35,296 nucleotides of DNA from Peribolospora baueri (GCA_029717555.1 JAMDHS010000033.1:186001-221296), one strand, 5' to 3'; counted from the first letter of the stretch, positions 22,679 through 34,427 are shown. Program-made: numbers and translations. Notes: generated by a model from the letters alone, not told the origin.

Positions 22679-23690
22679 TTACTCCACATCTGCAAACACG
22701 CCCACGCCGGCCAAGCCGATCCAACCATGCCGGCCCTTGCCGACGAGGATAACGGGCGTCCTACCGCCTCGTCGGGAGGACAGGGAAAAGAGCAGTGGGG
22801 AGGGGAGGGCGGAGAGCTGCTGGGCGAGGGCGTCCGAGACGTCTGTGGGGAGGGGTAGGAAATGTATCTATTGTGGATGCGTGCGCGCGAATGGAGAATA
22901 GGAAGGAGGCAAGCGCCCCCCGGCGCGGCGGTCAGTCAATCAGGCAAGGGAAGGTAAGGCAGGCCACGGGGCGGACGTGGGCTTTGCGAGTACGGAGGGA
23001 AGGGACTCGGAGCGGTCGGGTCTCGGCGACTCACTGCGTCTGGGGAAGCCTGTCCGCCGCTCAGCGCATCCAACACCGCCTTGGCCACTTGTTCCCCCTC
23101 CTTCACCTCTCCATCTCCCGGCACTGCCGCACCGAAGGGCAGATAGAAGGCGACGTCGAACGCGTCCGGGTCGTCGCTGCTCTTGCCGGTCAGGAAGGAC
23201 CCAGCGCCATAGTTGGAGATGGAGTGTTGGCGGGAGTGGGAGAGGAGGGAGGATGCCAGGCTAATATCTGACTGGTCCAAACTGGATTCGGCCGCAGAGG
23301 GGACGAGGACGCATTGGGGGACGAGGAGGACGAAGGAGGGCGAGAGGGGAAGCGTCGACTGGAGCGATTTGCTGTGGGCGCCGAGACGACAGGCGGTACG
23401 CAAAAAGGAGACGGCGGTTCAGAAGATGGACGAGCGGAATCCGAGGGTCATCCGCTCTCGATGCGTGTCGTCGTCCTCGGCCCGGCAGCTCGGTTGTAAG
23501 ATTGCAAGAATGCTGCACCGGGAGCGGGCCCAGACTGACATACGACGGGGTGAGAGACGAAGGAGGAAAAAACTCACGCTGCGCTCACGCTGTCCGACAC
23601 GTCACGAGCGGCGGCCTGGTCCGGTACGATCCGCTGGATGTCCTCGAGGCTGCACGGCTGGGAGAGGTCAAGCGAATGGCTGCTCATCAT
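22679..23690 (-). CDS. Hypothetical 212-aa protein, candidate NuiA (nuclease A inhibitor)-like fold (3 exons)
   Basis: Exons 23690-23578, 23371-23035 and 22867-22679 splice in frame via GTGAGT...CAG and GTGAGT...CTGAC...TAG introns. Contains GSFLTGKSSDDPDAFDVAFYLP and ends LPSPLLFSL...PVILVGKGRHGWIGLAGVGVFADVE*. The gene model is solid; the family call is tentative. Confidence 0.7.
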
Positions 23691-24236
23691 CGTTCGTGGC
23701 CGTTCGTCGACGCGGCGGTGGTGGTCGTCGGTGGAAGGCCGGTCGGTGATGGCGTTTCTACGGACATGACGTCATCGTCGTCGGTGTCCTTGTAGAGAGC
23801 ACTGGCTGGAAGGACGAGGTCGCTGTGCAGAAAAGGAGCTTGTCATGGATCTTGGTACGACGGTTCGCTCTGTCCTCCCCTCGCTCGCTCCGTCCTGCGC
23901 ACAGTCGACTCCAAACCATTGCGACCTCGTCCCTCGACCTCGTCCTCGATTTCGTCTCGCTTTGGATGTCCCGCCTCGGCGCTCGGCTTTGATCGGCGCG
24001 GCCCGAGTCGGCAAGCCCGGGCGGGCGGGGCCACTGATAAGGTCGCACGAGGGCTCCGACCAGCTCGACGAGGTCGCGCAAGTCATCTTCATCTATCTCA
24101 TATCGCCCGCCCTCGCCTCGGCCCCCTCTTTCCTCCTCCATAACTCCATCCTCCGTCTCAGCACCTTCGCGGCCGCCTTCAGCATCCTCCCCTCGCCCTC
24201 TTCGCTTCTTCCCTCCTTCTCAGTACACCGACAACC

Positions 24237-26663
24237 ATGGGTGCTTCCGCTTCCAAGCCCGCCCCCGCCTCCCCCTCCAGGCCCCTCTCCGAGAAGGAGC
24301 AAGCCGCGAGGAAGGATAGCCAGGAGCAGCGAGCTCTCCAGCGCGTCGCCCGTCTGCACGTCTCCTCTTCCCTCGATTCCGCTCGAGCGCCTCAGGCTGC
24401 ACTCGACGTCGATACGCTCAAGCTGTGGGAAAGCGCGGCGCTTTCGGTGAGTCGCAGACTCCGTTTACCTCGACTGATGCGCTGGCCTGCCACTCACTTG
24501 ATCGTTCGCTTTCATCCATGTCACCACGCTCACCGCCCTCGCCTCGCAGAGTTCCAAAACGCGTCTGGCCGCAGAGGTGCTTTCCGGGTCGGAGATCAAC
24601 AAGACGCTCATTTCTCGCGCCGCTGCCGTCGCCGATCAGCACGTATACTCTCACAAGGTGCACTTGGAAGGCAGTCCGGTTACTAACCAGAAGGTGAGCT
24701 TGGCGCATCCTATATCAGCGGGGGAGGACGGGCGAGCCAGGGACGGCGTGCTGATCATAGGTCGACCCCGTTGTTCTTGTTCTCCCTCTCAAGAGCTCGG
24801 GCCGCTGCTGGCTCTTCGCGACGACCAACGTTATCCGCACCGAGGTAATGCGGGTGCTCAACCTCGACGACTTCCAGCTCAGCCAATCTTACCTGTAAGT
24901 GTGGCATAAAATACTCTTCATCTCCTCTTCCATGGGCAAAGGTCTCTTCTTCATACGACTTATCCATCGAGAGCGGTCGCTCGGCTACTTATCCTTGGTC
25001 ACCCACCCAGGTTCTTCTACGACAAGCTGGAAAAGTGCAACTACTTCCTCGAGAACATGATTGAACTCGCCGACGAGAGGCTCGACTCGCGCCTCGTCAG
25101 CTTCCTCAACTCGGAGCCTGTCAGCGATGGGTGAGTCCATAGTGCGAAGAGGACGTCGGCGTCGCCTGTCTGTGTCGTAGGTTTCTCTCACGAGCGGGCG
25201 AAGTGCTGTCCATTCTTCTCGCTCCGTCATGCAGAGGTCAGTGGGACATGGTGGTCAACCTGCTCCTCAAATACGGCGTCGTCCCGCAGGCGGTCTACCC
25301 AGAGAGCTTCAACTCATCCTCCTCGGGACAGTTAAACAAGATTGTCAAGGCTAAGCTGCGCGAGTACGCTCTCGAGCTGCGCGCGCTCAAAGCTCAAGCG
25401 ACCGAGGAGATCGAAAGGAACTGCTTCAGTACCGGCTCTCCCCCTGAGACGGAAAGCATGCAGCTCGTGGCGCGTGCGGTGAGGGCGAGGAAAGAAGAGC
25501 AGATGGCGGAGATGTATAAGATTCTTGTCGTCTCGCTTGGCAAGCCTCCCAAGGCGGACGAGGAGTTCACTTGGGAGTACTATGACAAGTGAGTTGACGC
25601 TCCACACGATCGCCCACGAAGGCCCGCCGCCGCTTACCACCTGTCTCGACTCCTGGTAACCTTGTCCAACCAGAGACAAAGTCTTCCACCGAATCAGCAC
25701 TACGCCCCGCGCCTTCCTCTCCAAGTATACCGGCACTTTCTCCCCCACACAGGCCTTTTCGATGATTGACGACCCTCGCAACCCGTACGACAAGGTCTAC
25801 ACTGTCGATCGCCTTGGGAACGTCTGGGATGCCCGAAAGGTCAAGTATGTCAATGCTGGGCCGAAGAGGATGAAGGAGGCCGTCATCAAGGTGCGTCTGG
25901 TCCATCTGGTAAAATTTCGCGATCCTCTCGCTCATCTCATCCCATCTCATCGCGCTCCCCGGCTCTTTTAGTCCATCAAAGCCTCTACTCCTGTTTTCTT
26001 CGGTTGTGATGTCGGACAATTTTCCGAGCGAGTGTCCGGAGCGATGGACACTGCGTTGTTCAAGGACACGTACGAGCTCGCCTTTGACACTTCTCTCGGC
26101 TTGTCCAAGGCGGAGAGGTTGATGACCGGCGAGAGCTCCATGACGCACGCCATGGGTGAGCGTGAGGTCGGTTTCGTTCGTCGTCGTCCTCTTTGGCTGA
26201 CGTTTGCATGCTCTCTCTCCCTTCACCTTCCCATCGCACATCGCCCATCGCGTCGACCGGCTCGTCTTACAAAGTCATCACCGCCGTCCACCTCGATGCG
26301 AGCGGAAAGCCGGTCAGATGGCGCGTGGAAAACAGCTGGTCGGACGGCGTGGGCGACAAGGGGTACATGGTCATGACGGACGAATGGTTCGACGAGTTTG
26401 TCTATCAGGGTGAGCCGGCCTGCCTTCCCGTTTCGCCCTCGGTCCTCTCGCTTTCGCTTCCTCGCGCTCTCGCCTTTTCACGCCTTCTCACCGTCTGCTC
26501 CTCCCATCGCGCGCATTGCATTTATTTTTTCCCCTATCGCAACACGACGCGACACGCAGTTGTCATCCGCAAAGAGCACGCCCCTGCGGACCTTTGGAAG
26601 CTCTTCGAGTCGGGCGATCCGGTCATGTTGGACGCCTGGGACCCGATGGGCACGCTCGCCTGA
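24237..26663 (+). CDS. LAP3: Bleomycin hydrolase / cysteine aminopeptidase, peptidase C1B (9 exons)
   Basis: [17 protein letters not shown] (catalytic Cys), [49 protein letters not shown] (His), WRVENSWS (Asn) and C-terminal WDPMGTLA*. Confidence 0.97.
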
Positions 26664-26996
26664 GTGGGAGTGGAAAGTGCGTCGAATGGGGACGGAACGA
26701 GGTGATAACGTGCGAAAGCCAAGCATCAGATTCCCCCCACCTTTGGATCGACCCGAATCGACCTGAGGCGCGCGTTCTTTTCAAATGTTTTCCGGATGTG
26801 GTTTTCGGAGCAGAGAAAGTGGAGGATGCGCTTCGAGAGGGAAGGAAAAAGCATGTGCAGTCTCACGTCACGTCTCCTCGCCCGCCACGTCTGTACTAGT
26901 TCGGCCTCTCTTCCCTCTGCCCCTCTTGCCTCGGTCGTGTTTTGGATTCGCCAACGTAGAATGTTAACGTAGATTCTCAATAGGCGCCATCAGTCC

Positions 26997-27023
26997 TTTT
27001 TTTTTTTTGTTTTTTTTTTTTTT
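26997..27023. repeat. Poly(T) tract between the convergent LAP3 and AMPK-beta 3' ends
   Basis: About 26 T interrupted by one G. Confidence 0.8.
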
Positions 27024-27398
27024 CTCTTCTCGATCTGTCGAGGCGGGCCGGCGACCAAGGCGAGAGCGGTTTAAGGCAGATACCGTCAAAGGGACGAGTC
27101 GGCTTCTATCCCAGTTCAGTGGGGAGCGGGGAGACCACGCACGAAGCCCAGCCAAGCTACCGCTAAACACACGACGCAAGCGAACGAAAGAAGAACGACG
27201 GGGCCGGGGGGGGAGGGGGGCGAGCGAGCTTGCCATACATAACGAAGAAGGGTAGAGGTCAGCAAGTACACAAGTACAAACGCATGTACTCGGGGGGACC
27301 CGTATGAATACGAACACGAATTTTGATCTGGGGAAAGAGGGAGGGAGGGAGAGGGGAGTGGGGCAGGGGCGCTTGAAGAGGGTTGTCTAGGTGGCTCT

Positions 27399-30300
27399 CT
27401 AGCTCTGAACGGGGCGATAGAAGACAGTCGTGACGTACTGGGCCGAGTAGTGGCGGGGGGGAGAAGAAAAAACGAGCAAAAAAAAAGAAAAAAAAGAGAA
27501 AATCGACGACGTCAGCTGATCCGGCCAAGCGGGAGCGGACGAGAACGAGAGTTCAACGAGCCATCACTCCTCTCACCTTCCTCTTGTACCTCGTCGTGCT
27601 ACCGACAGCCAGCACGCCGTTCTTGATGGCCGACGCGGTGAGGTGATTGAGCACGACGTGGTTGGGCACGGGGAGGATAGAGTTATCGTCCACGGTGCCG
27701 CCGGGAGGTGCGAGGGAGGGGTTGGCGGGCGAGTGGTTGAGGATGACCCTCTCTAGCTGTCGTGGCAGGGCGGGAGGGTTGGGTAGGAGGGAAGATGCGG
27801 CCGGGGGGGAGGGCGAAGGCTGGGAGGAGGCTGGGTTGGGCGACCGACCGTGCGGATTGCCCCGGGAGCGGGGCCGAGAGGAGCGGGGCGAGGTGGGCGT
27901 ACGAGGCGGGGACGAAGGGGAGGGAGAAGTGGCCGTAGTCGCTCGGGCTCGGATGGCCTCCTCAAGTTCTTGTGCGAAGATCAAGGCGGGCGGGATCTCC
28001 GACGTCCATTCCGACTCCTCCGGTGGTAGCCGGCCTTGAATTGAAACGTGTCGGCGAAAGAAGATGACAAACTGAGTTGGGCAGAACTCGAAAGCGAGGG
28101 TCAACATCGTCACACCACCGACGACTCACGATTATCCTTGCCGAACACGTCCTCCAAGCCGTCTCCCTTCTTCCGCCAGCCGTCTCCATCCTGGTCACCA
28201 CCACCCCCACCCGCGCCAGGGCCGGCAGCCCTTCGCCTGCCTCTTCCGCCGGCCAACTGGCCGTCTCCATCGCCCGTCCAGCCGGAAGCATCGTCGGTGA
28301 TTTCGATGTAGTTGACCAGATTTCCGTCGCCGTCGGTCGCGGTGGAGAGCTCGTTGGAGACGCGCCATTGTCCGTCGACGATGAACTTGAGACGGTGCGT
28401 ACCCGGGGGAAGATTGAGGAGGACGGTGAAATCGTGTGTGCTATCGTGTTGAGAGAGGGAACGACGTGCGGAGTGAGCGCGAATGGGATAAAAGCAAAAA
28501 GGCGGGGACGTGAAACTCGACGGTCTCCAAGACGACCCGGCTTGCTCCCAGCGCGACTCACCTCTTCTCCATCTTCACCCTCCCTTCCCACCCCCTCGCC
28601 CAAGTGCCCGTAACGCTGACGCTCTTCTCTCCCTTATTGCCCCTCCAGGAAACGAGGACTGGCGTCAAAGGCGTCGAACGCGCCCGGGCGGCAGCTGAGC
28701 TCGTCGTCGTCGTCTTCGTCGTCGCCGCCGCCGCCGCTGCTGCCTTCTGCGGTTGCGGAAGAGGCTGTCGCGTCACCGGCGCTCCGTCGTCGGACGGACC
28801 GGCTGTAGCGGCGGGTTGGCTAGGGATGGGTGTGAGGGCGGGTGAGGAGAGAGGACGGACGGTGCGGGCGCTGCTCGAGGCACCACTGCCCGCCATATCG
28901 GATACCCCAGAACTGGCGGCGACGGCGGCATACATGACACCAGCCTCCGCTGGTTGGTGGGCTTCACTCAACAACTGGCGCTCTCGCTCCTCCTTCGCTC
29001 CCTCTTCCCCCGTGTCGGTGAACGTCGGACTCGGTCCGAGACCCACAAGCTCCCTGGGCGTAGCTGGTGCAGAGCCGCCTAGAGTCATAGTGTCTTCGGT
29101 GGCACCTATACCGCCGCCGCCGGGTTCGGTGACGAGCGCTAAGGGGTGAAGTCTCCGTCGAGCGGAGGCGGGACTGAGATTGGGGCCGGGACCTCCGACG
29201 GCACCGATAGTGGGAGTAGAAGGCTCCGAGGTCGAGCCACTCACGCCGGCGACGACGGCCCTGGAGAGCCTGGAGAGTCTGGCCATCTCGCGCACTTTCC
29301 TCGCCGCCCCTTGCGCTCTATCGGCGATCGACATGCCGTGCGCGCTCGCCTCCCCTCCCGCGCCGGCCATCCACGAAGTGCCCGGTCCTGGCACCGGAGG
29401 TGCGCTTCGCAGCCCGCTCACGCCCACGCATGCACCCGCACCCGCACCCACCCCACCTGCAGCGACAGCTTCCAGTGCGTCCGTCGCGCCTGCTCCGCTC
29501 GGGACCGTCTCCCCACTCGGAAGGGCAGAGACGTGCTCGCGCGTGAGCCACGCTTCGGCTGCGCTCCGGTAATGGTCCGCGCCGTTCGTCGCTCCTGCCA
29601 ATGACGAGTCTCGAGGCTTGAGGGGAGACGCACCGCCAGCCGAAGTCGTCCTGGCGCGGGGCGTGCCGGGGTGAGAACTGGAGACGGTCAAGCTGGACGT
29701 GCCGACAGCGTGAGTGTTGTCGAGAGTGGCGGCGGCCGGAAGGCCAGGTGGTAGCGAGAGGCCTCCAGAGGCGGCTTGTCCGGCAGGGACGGTCGAGGAC
29801 GACCGAGACGAAGCGGGACCGGTTGTAGCCATCGACTGATTCCCGCTGGTGATCGCGACCGCAGGCGGGGGCAAACTGAGTCCAAGACTGCCCTCTTCTC
29901 CTCCGCCGACGGGTGGGATGGACGAGGCAATGTGCGATGCGCCGACACCGCTGACGGGCGCGGCGGGAGGGGCGTCGAGGAGACCTGCATTGAGGGAGAT
30001 GTACGCTTTGCCTGGGGCGGTCGAACTGGGCGGAGTTCTGATCCCGTTCAGCTCTTGTGCGCCCGAGTGGTCAATGGAGCCGGATGAGGTGGAGATGAAG
30101 GACGAGGCGAGGTCGTCATCGCCGGGAAGGAGGTGGGCGTGTCGGACGCGGGGGGACGCTCGAGGGCTACCTCGGCGTCCATGACCGCCTCCCGCCGCCG
30201 CGCTTCCTTCCACAGTGCCGGCCGAAAACGGGGCAGACGCCACCTTTGGCTCCCACCCGGAGCCCACCATCATCCTCGGCAGCGGCCCCAAGTTGCCTGG

Positions 30301-30954
30301 CGGCCTGCGCTTCGAGCCCGGCTCATGAGAAGAGTAGCTGTGATCGGCGACAGGGTGTCGGCTTGGAGGGGTTGGTTGCGCTTGTGCGAGCGGCGCCAAA
30401 CGTCCCGGATGAAGGTCAGGAAGCTCAAGGGACTTTTTGCGCACGTACAACGGCCGGTGAGGTTTCACGCCTGTTGTGCCTCCGCTGGTCGTGACGGCCG
30501 GTGAGGAGGAGACAGACGTCCGCTCGGACGGGGCTGGCGTCTGTGGTGCCGAGTGGCTCTCGGTGGGGGCTGGAGCTAAACGGCTGCCGAGAGCAAGACC
30601 GAGACCTGCTAGGCTGCCTGCTCTCCCCCTTCCATTGCTTCCCGCCGATGCCGGCCCGACGGGGCTGCCCTTCAACGAACCGGAGGCCTGATCGCTGCCC
30701 CGGCGCGCGAAGCTCGGCCAAAGCTTTCCTTCCGCCCTGCTGCCCTGACCGTCCGCGCCAGCGCCGAGGGCACTATCGCCGGATATGTCTCGTCGGAGCG
30801 AACTGGGCGAAGCGGATGGTCCTCTTGAGGCGAGAGAGGTGCGAGGGGAGCGGGAGGAGTGCGAGGTGCGTCGGATGGGCGATCCGGTACCGGAAGGATA
30901 ATGTACGTGCTTGGGCGAGGAGGAGGGCGACGCGTTGGACTGTGAGTTACCCAT
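27399..30954 (-). CDS. GAL83: SNF1/AMPK beta subunit (Gal83/Sip2 family; 4 exons) with a very long N-terminal region
   Basis: Starts with the myristoylation motif MGNSQS. CBM48: VLVSWRG..VSVTGTW...LPPGTHRLKFIVDGQWRVS...GNLVNYIEI. ASC domain: PPALPRQLERVILN...LPVPNHVVLNHL..SAIKNGVLAVGSTTRYKRK|YVTTVFYRPVQS* (last exon 27437-27399). Confidence 0.93.
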
Positions 30955-31639
30955 CGCAGGTGGGTAGAGGAGACCAGTGCAACAGGGGAACCTCTATCGG
31001 CGGTCCGAGAAGAAGGGAGGGAGGAAGAAGGGTGACGTTGAAGTCGGACTGGTCTGGATCGTCCCTCCAGAAGTGGTCGCGTTCAAGCGGCAGCGCTGGG
31101 ATGCCCGGTTGGAGAAGGGATGGGTTGAGGTGGACTTGCCGTACTGTATCGTATCCCGGCCGCGCGTATCCCGGCCGTGCGCCTTTTGCACTGCAGAGGT
31201 CGTCCACGGTCTATCTCGATGAACAGGGCCGGTGAAAGCAAAGGACAGATATGGAACCGCCTTTGGGTCGGAACACAGGCGTGTTTCCGAGCCCCGTACG
31301 TGGTGGCCGATCGAGACGACTGGCCGATGGTCGCTGTGGCTCTGCAGCGGTTGTGAATGTGAAGAAGGGTAGACGAGAAGAACAACAACAGACTCAGGGC
31401 TACTGCGGAGCGAGGGTACGCGTGAACGGAGGCGTGAGATACGGTATGGTGGAAAGGAAGGGCGGGATTGTGAGGCGGGTGGAAGGAAGGGCGAGAAGGG
31501 GCTCCACGAGGATGGGGGAAGCTTTGCGAACTGGATGGACCCCGCTTGGTCTAGAGAGGCTGAAGCGGGGGGGCGTGGGGTAGTTGTGGGGGCGAGGGGA
31601 GGAGACGGGGAAGGGAGAGAAAGACCGGGCTGGGGAGGG

Positions 31640-31770
31640 GATAGCGGATGGCGATGGAGATGGTGGCGGAGGCGGGAATGGAGATGGCGATTGCGATTGC
31701 GATGGCGATTGCGATGGCGATGGAAATGGAAATTGATGGAGATGAAGATGGAGATGGCGCTGGCGATGGT
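31640..31770. repeat. Degenerate hexamer microsatellite (GATGGC/GATGGA/GATTGC)
   Basis: Roughly 20 imperfect GATGGN-like units in the intergenic region between AMPK-beta and LUC7. Confidence 0.75.
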
Positions 31771-32090
31771 CAGACAAGTTGGCCGGCGAGCGAACGTAAT
31801 CTCGAATCTCGACGGATCGCGATTATCATCATATCATCACCTTGGATCGCTTTTCTAATCCTCAATACGGCCGACTTTACTGCCGCGATAACCCCGGCCG
31901 TGTGGTGGTAGGCAGTCATGCAAGCATACCGTATGCGTAAGCCCAGTTCGTGTACACAGCTAGTATACCGCAGTATGCATATGCGCGCGCGCGTTCTTCC
32001 TCTCGCTCGCCATCCCCGTCTCCATCACCGTCGTCCATCCATCTTCCTCCATCCCCTCATCGATAATAGCCTTGCTGCCTTTGTTTCACT

Positions 32091-34038
32091 ATGGGAAGGC
32101 TCGCAGAGGTACGTCGCGTCCACCCCGCTCATCCGCGCCCATCCTCCGCTGCTCGCTCACTTTTCTCCACCCCTATCGCCCATCTCCATACGCGCCCCGC
32201 CCAACCCAGGCGCAGCGCAGGCTGCTCGAGCAGCTCATGGGCGCAGAGGCCATGGGCACCGTCACCCAGAACCTCGATTTTCGCGACCCCAAAGTGTGCA
32301 AGAACTTCCTCTGCGGTACCTGTCCCCATGACCTCTTCACCAACACCGTGAGTCGACCGGACGGACGGACGGCATGGACCGACCGGCGGCGCCATGTCCA
32401 GCTTCTTTTCTCATCTCACGCCCTTCGTTCGTCCCCATCCGGCTCCCTTCCAGCGCATGGACATAGGTACCTGCCCCAAGTCGCACTCCGACCGTCTCAA
32501 AACTGATTATACGGCCGCCGTGGCCAGGGGCGACACGTTTCCAGAGTTCGAGCGCGAGTACGAGAGTAATATCTTTAACTTCATCGACGAGTGCGATCGG
32601 CGGATCAAGGCGGCGCAGAGGAGGCTCGAGAAGACGCCGGAGGAAAATGCTAGGACGACGACGTTGGTGAGTGGCCGCTTCCGCGTCAGCTTTGAATGGC
32701 TCGAGCTCAGAATCACTACCCGGCTTGACATCGCGATCGCCTCCGCTATATTTTCTCTCCCTCTCCCTTCCGCCACACCATAGATGAGGGAGATTGGCGA
32801 AATTGAGATGGCCCTGCAGGACGCAATGAAAGCTGTCGAAGATCTCGGTGAGCATCACACCGTCTCTCCTCTCCGACCGTCTCCCAGCTAGCCAATGGGA
32901 CACCTCCCAAGGCCCGCTCCACTTTGCACGGCAGGTCCTTACTTCTTGTCTCATATTCGCTCTTTCCTTGCCTCCACGAACCCCGCATCGCAGGCGAACA
33001 AGGCCAGATCGAAGAGTCGCTGCAAGAGCTCAAGAAGGCCGAAGCGCTCAAGGCCGAAAAGGCGGACCGTGAAAAGGCACTGCAGGACCTCACCGAGTCC
33101 GCCGGTGCTTCAGGCCACCAGAAGCTTCGCGTGTGCGACGTCTGCGGTGCTTATCTGTCCGTTTTGGACTCGGATCGGCGGTTGGCGGATCATTTCGGTG
33201 GCAAGGTCAGCTCCTCTCCTCCTCTTGCGTCCTCCTTGATGACACCATCGACGCATCTTCGATCGCTCACATTCCGCTCCCTCTCCGTTCACGCTCGTCC
33301 CCTCCAACGCCCTCGCAGCTCCACCTCGGCTATCTCCGTCTGCGCGAGATGATAGCTGAGTTCCTCGAGAAGCGCCGCGGCAAGGCCTCCGGCGGCTTCC
33401 CTCCCGCCGCCCCAGCGGGTCCGGCCAGTCGCGCTCCGCCTACGGGCCCGTCTTCCGGCAGCATGGGCCCTCCTCCTCCTCCCACCGGACCTTCCTCTCG
33501 CGGCGGCGGCGACGGGGAGCTGGAGCGGGGTGAGATCAATGGCTACAGCGGCGTGTCTTCGAGGAGAGAACGTGACGGCGGGTACGGGGATCGTGCGCAT
33601 CGTGATCGGGACTCATTGAGGGACAGGGACAGGGAGAGAGACGGAAGCGGACACGGTCACGGTGCTCATCGGGATAGGGACCCGTACAGGGAAAGGGAGA
33701 GGGAGAGGGAACGCGGTGAGATCCGCCCGGCGAGGGATGATTATCGCGGCGGTCGCGATCATAGGACGGTCCGGCACGAGTGAGTCTTGAGCGAGCTCTG
33801 TTCTCCTTTCCTTGTTTTCTTGTTTCCTTCTTCTTTCTCCCTCTTCTTGCCGTCCTTCCCTCCTCGAGCGGTCGTTTGCTTACTGGGTGAGGAACGAATG
33901 ATGTCTCACCACTTTGTCCTCTTTCGCCCTCTGCTCCCCTTTTTCCACTTCGTTCCCCCGCTCCGTTCCAAAAGCGACCGCGAACGCCGACGCTCTCGAT
34001 CCCCGAACGGCGTCTCCAGCCGGTCTTACCGCTCCTGA
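32091..34038 (+). CDS. LUC7: U1 snRNP-associated splicing factor LUC7 (7 exons)
   Basis: MGRLAE|AQRRLLEQLMG, ZnF1 VCKNFLCGTCPHDLFTNT|RMDIGTCPKSH, IDECDRRI, ZnF2 QKLRVCDVCGAYLSVLDSDRRLADHFGGK|LHLGY, and an RE/RD/RS-rich tail ending RRSRSPNGVSSRSYRS*. Confidence 0.96.
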
Positions 34039-34427
34039 AGGCGAGGGCGAGGGGAGAGAGCGAGCCGTCACCTGCGACCCGACTGCGACTAGGCCTCGGA
34101 TTCTGTCACGTACGCGCTCGTCCTTGTCCTGTGTTTTCTATTTTTGCTCGCTTGCTCTCTTTGCGACGGAGGGACAGCCAGCCAGCCCGGGGGCTTGGGT
34201 CGTCGATCTGTCGCCTCATCGCTTCGCGCCATCGGCCTATTGTATGCTTAGCGCATGTGACGGGGACAGAACAGGGAGCGTCGGAATCGATCCGTCATCG
34301 TTACTGATACATGGCACGAAAGATGGATGGAGGGGCGGATGGATGGAGGCCGGGAAGGGGGGGAGAAGTTCCGACCAGGCGATCGAGAAAGGAAAGGGAG
34401 AGAGAGGAAAGGGTGGCAGCTTAGCTA

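Noticed and set aside
31400..31911. ORFs such as HLHLHL/SPSQSP and MAMEM..AIAMAIAM
   Set aside because: These are translations of the hexamer microsatellite, not credible proteins.
33778..33783. In-frame TGA inside the last LUC7 donor site as an autoregulatory switch
   Set aside because: Any phase-2 GTGAG intron gives this stop, and several others in the window do the same.
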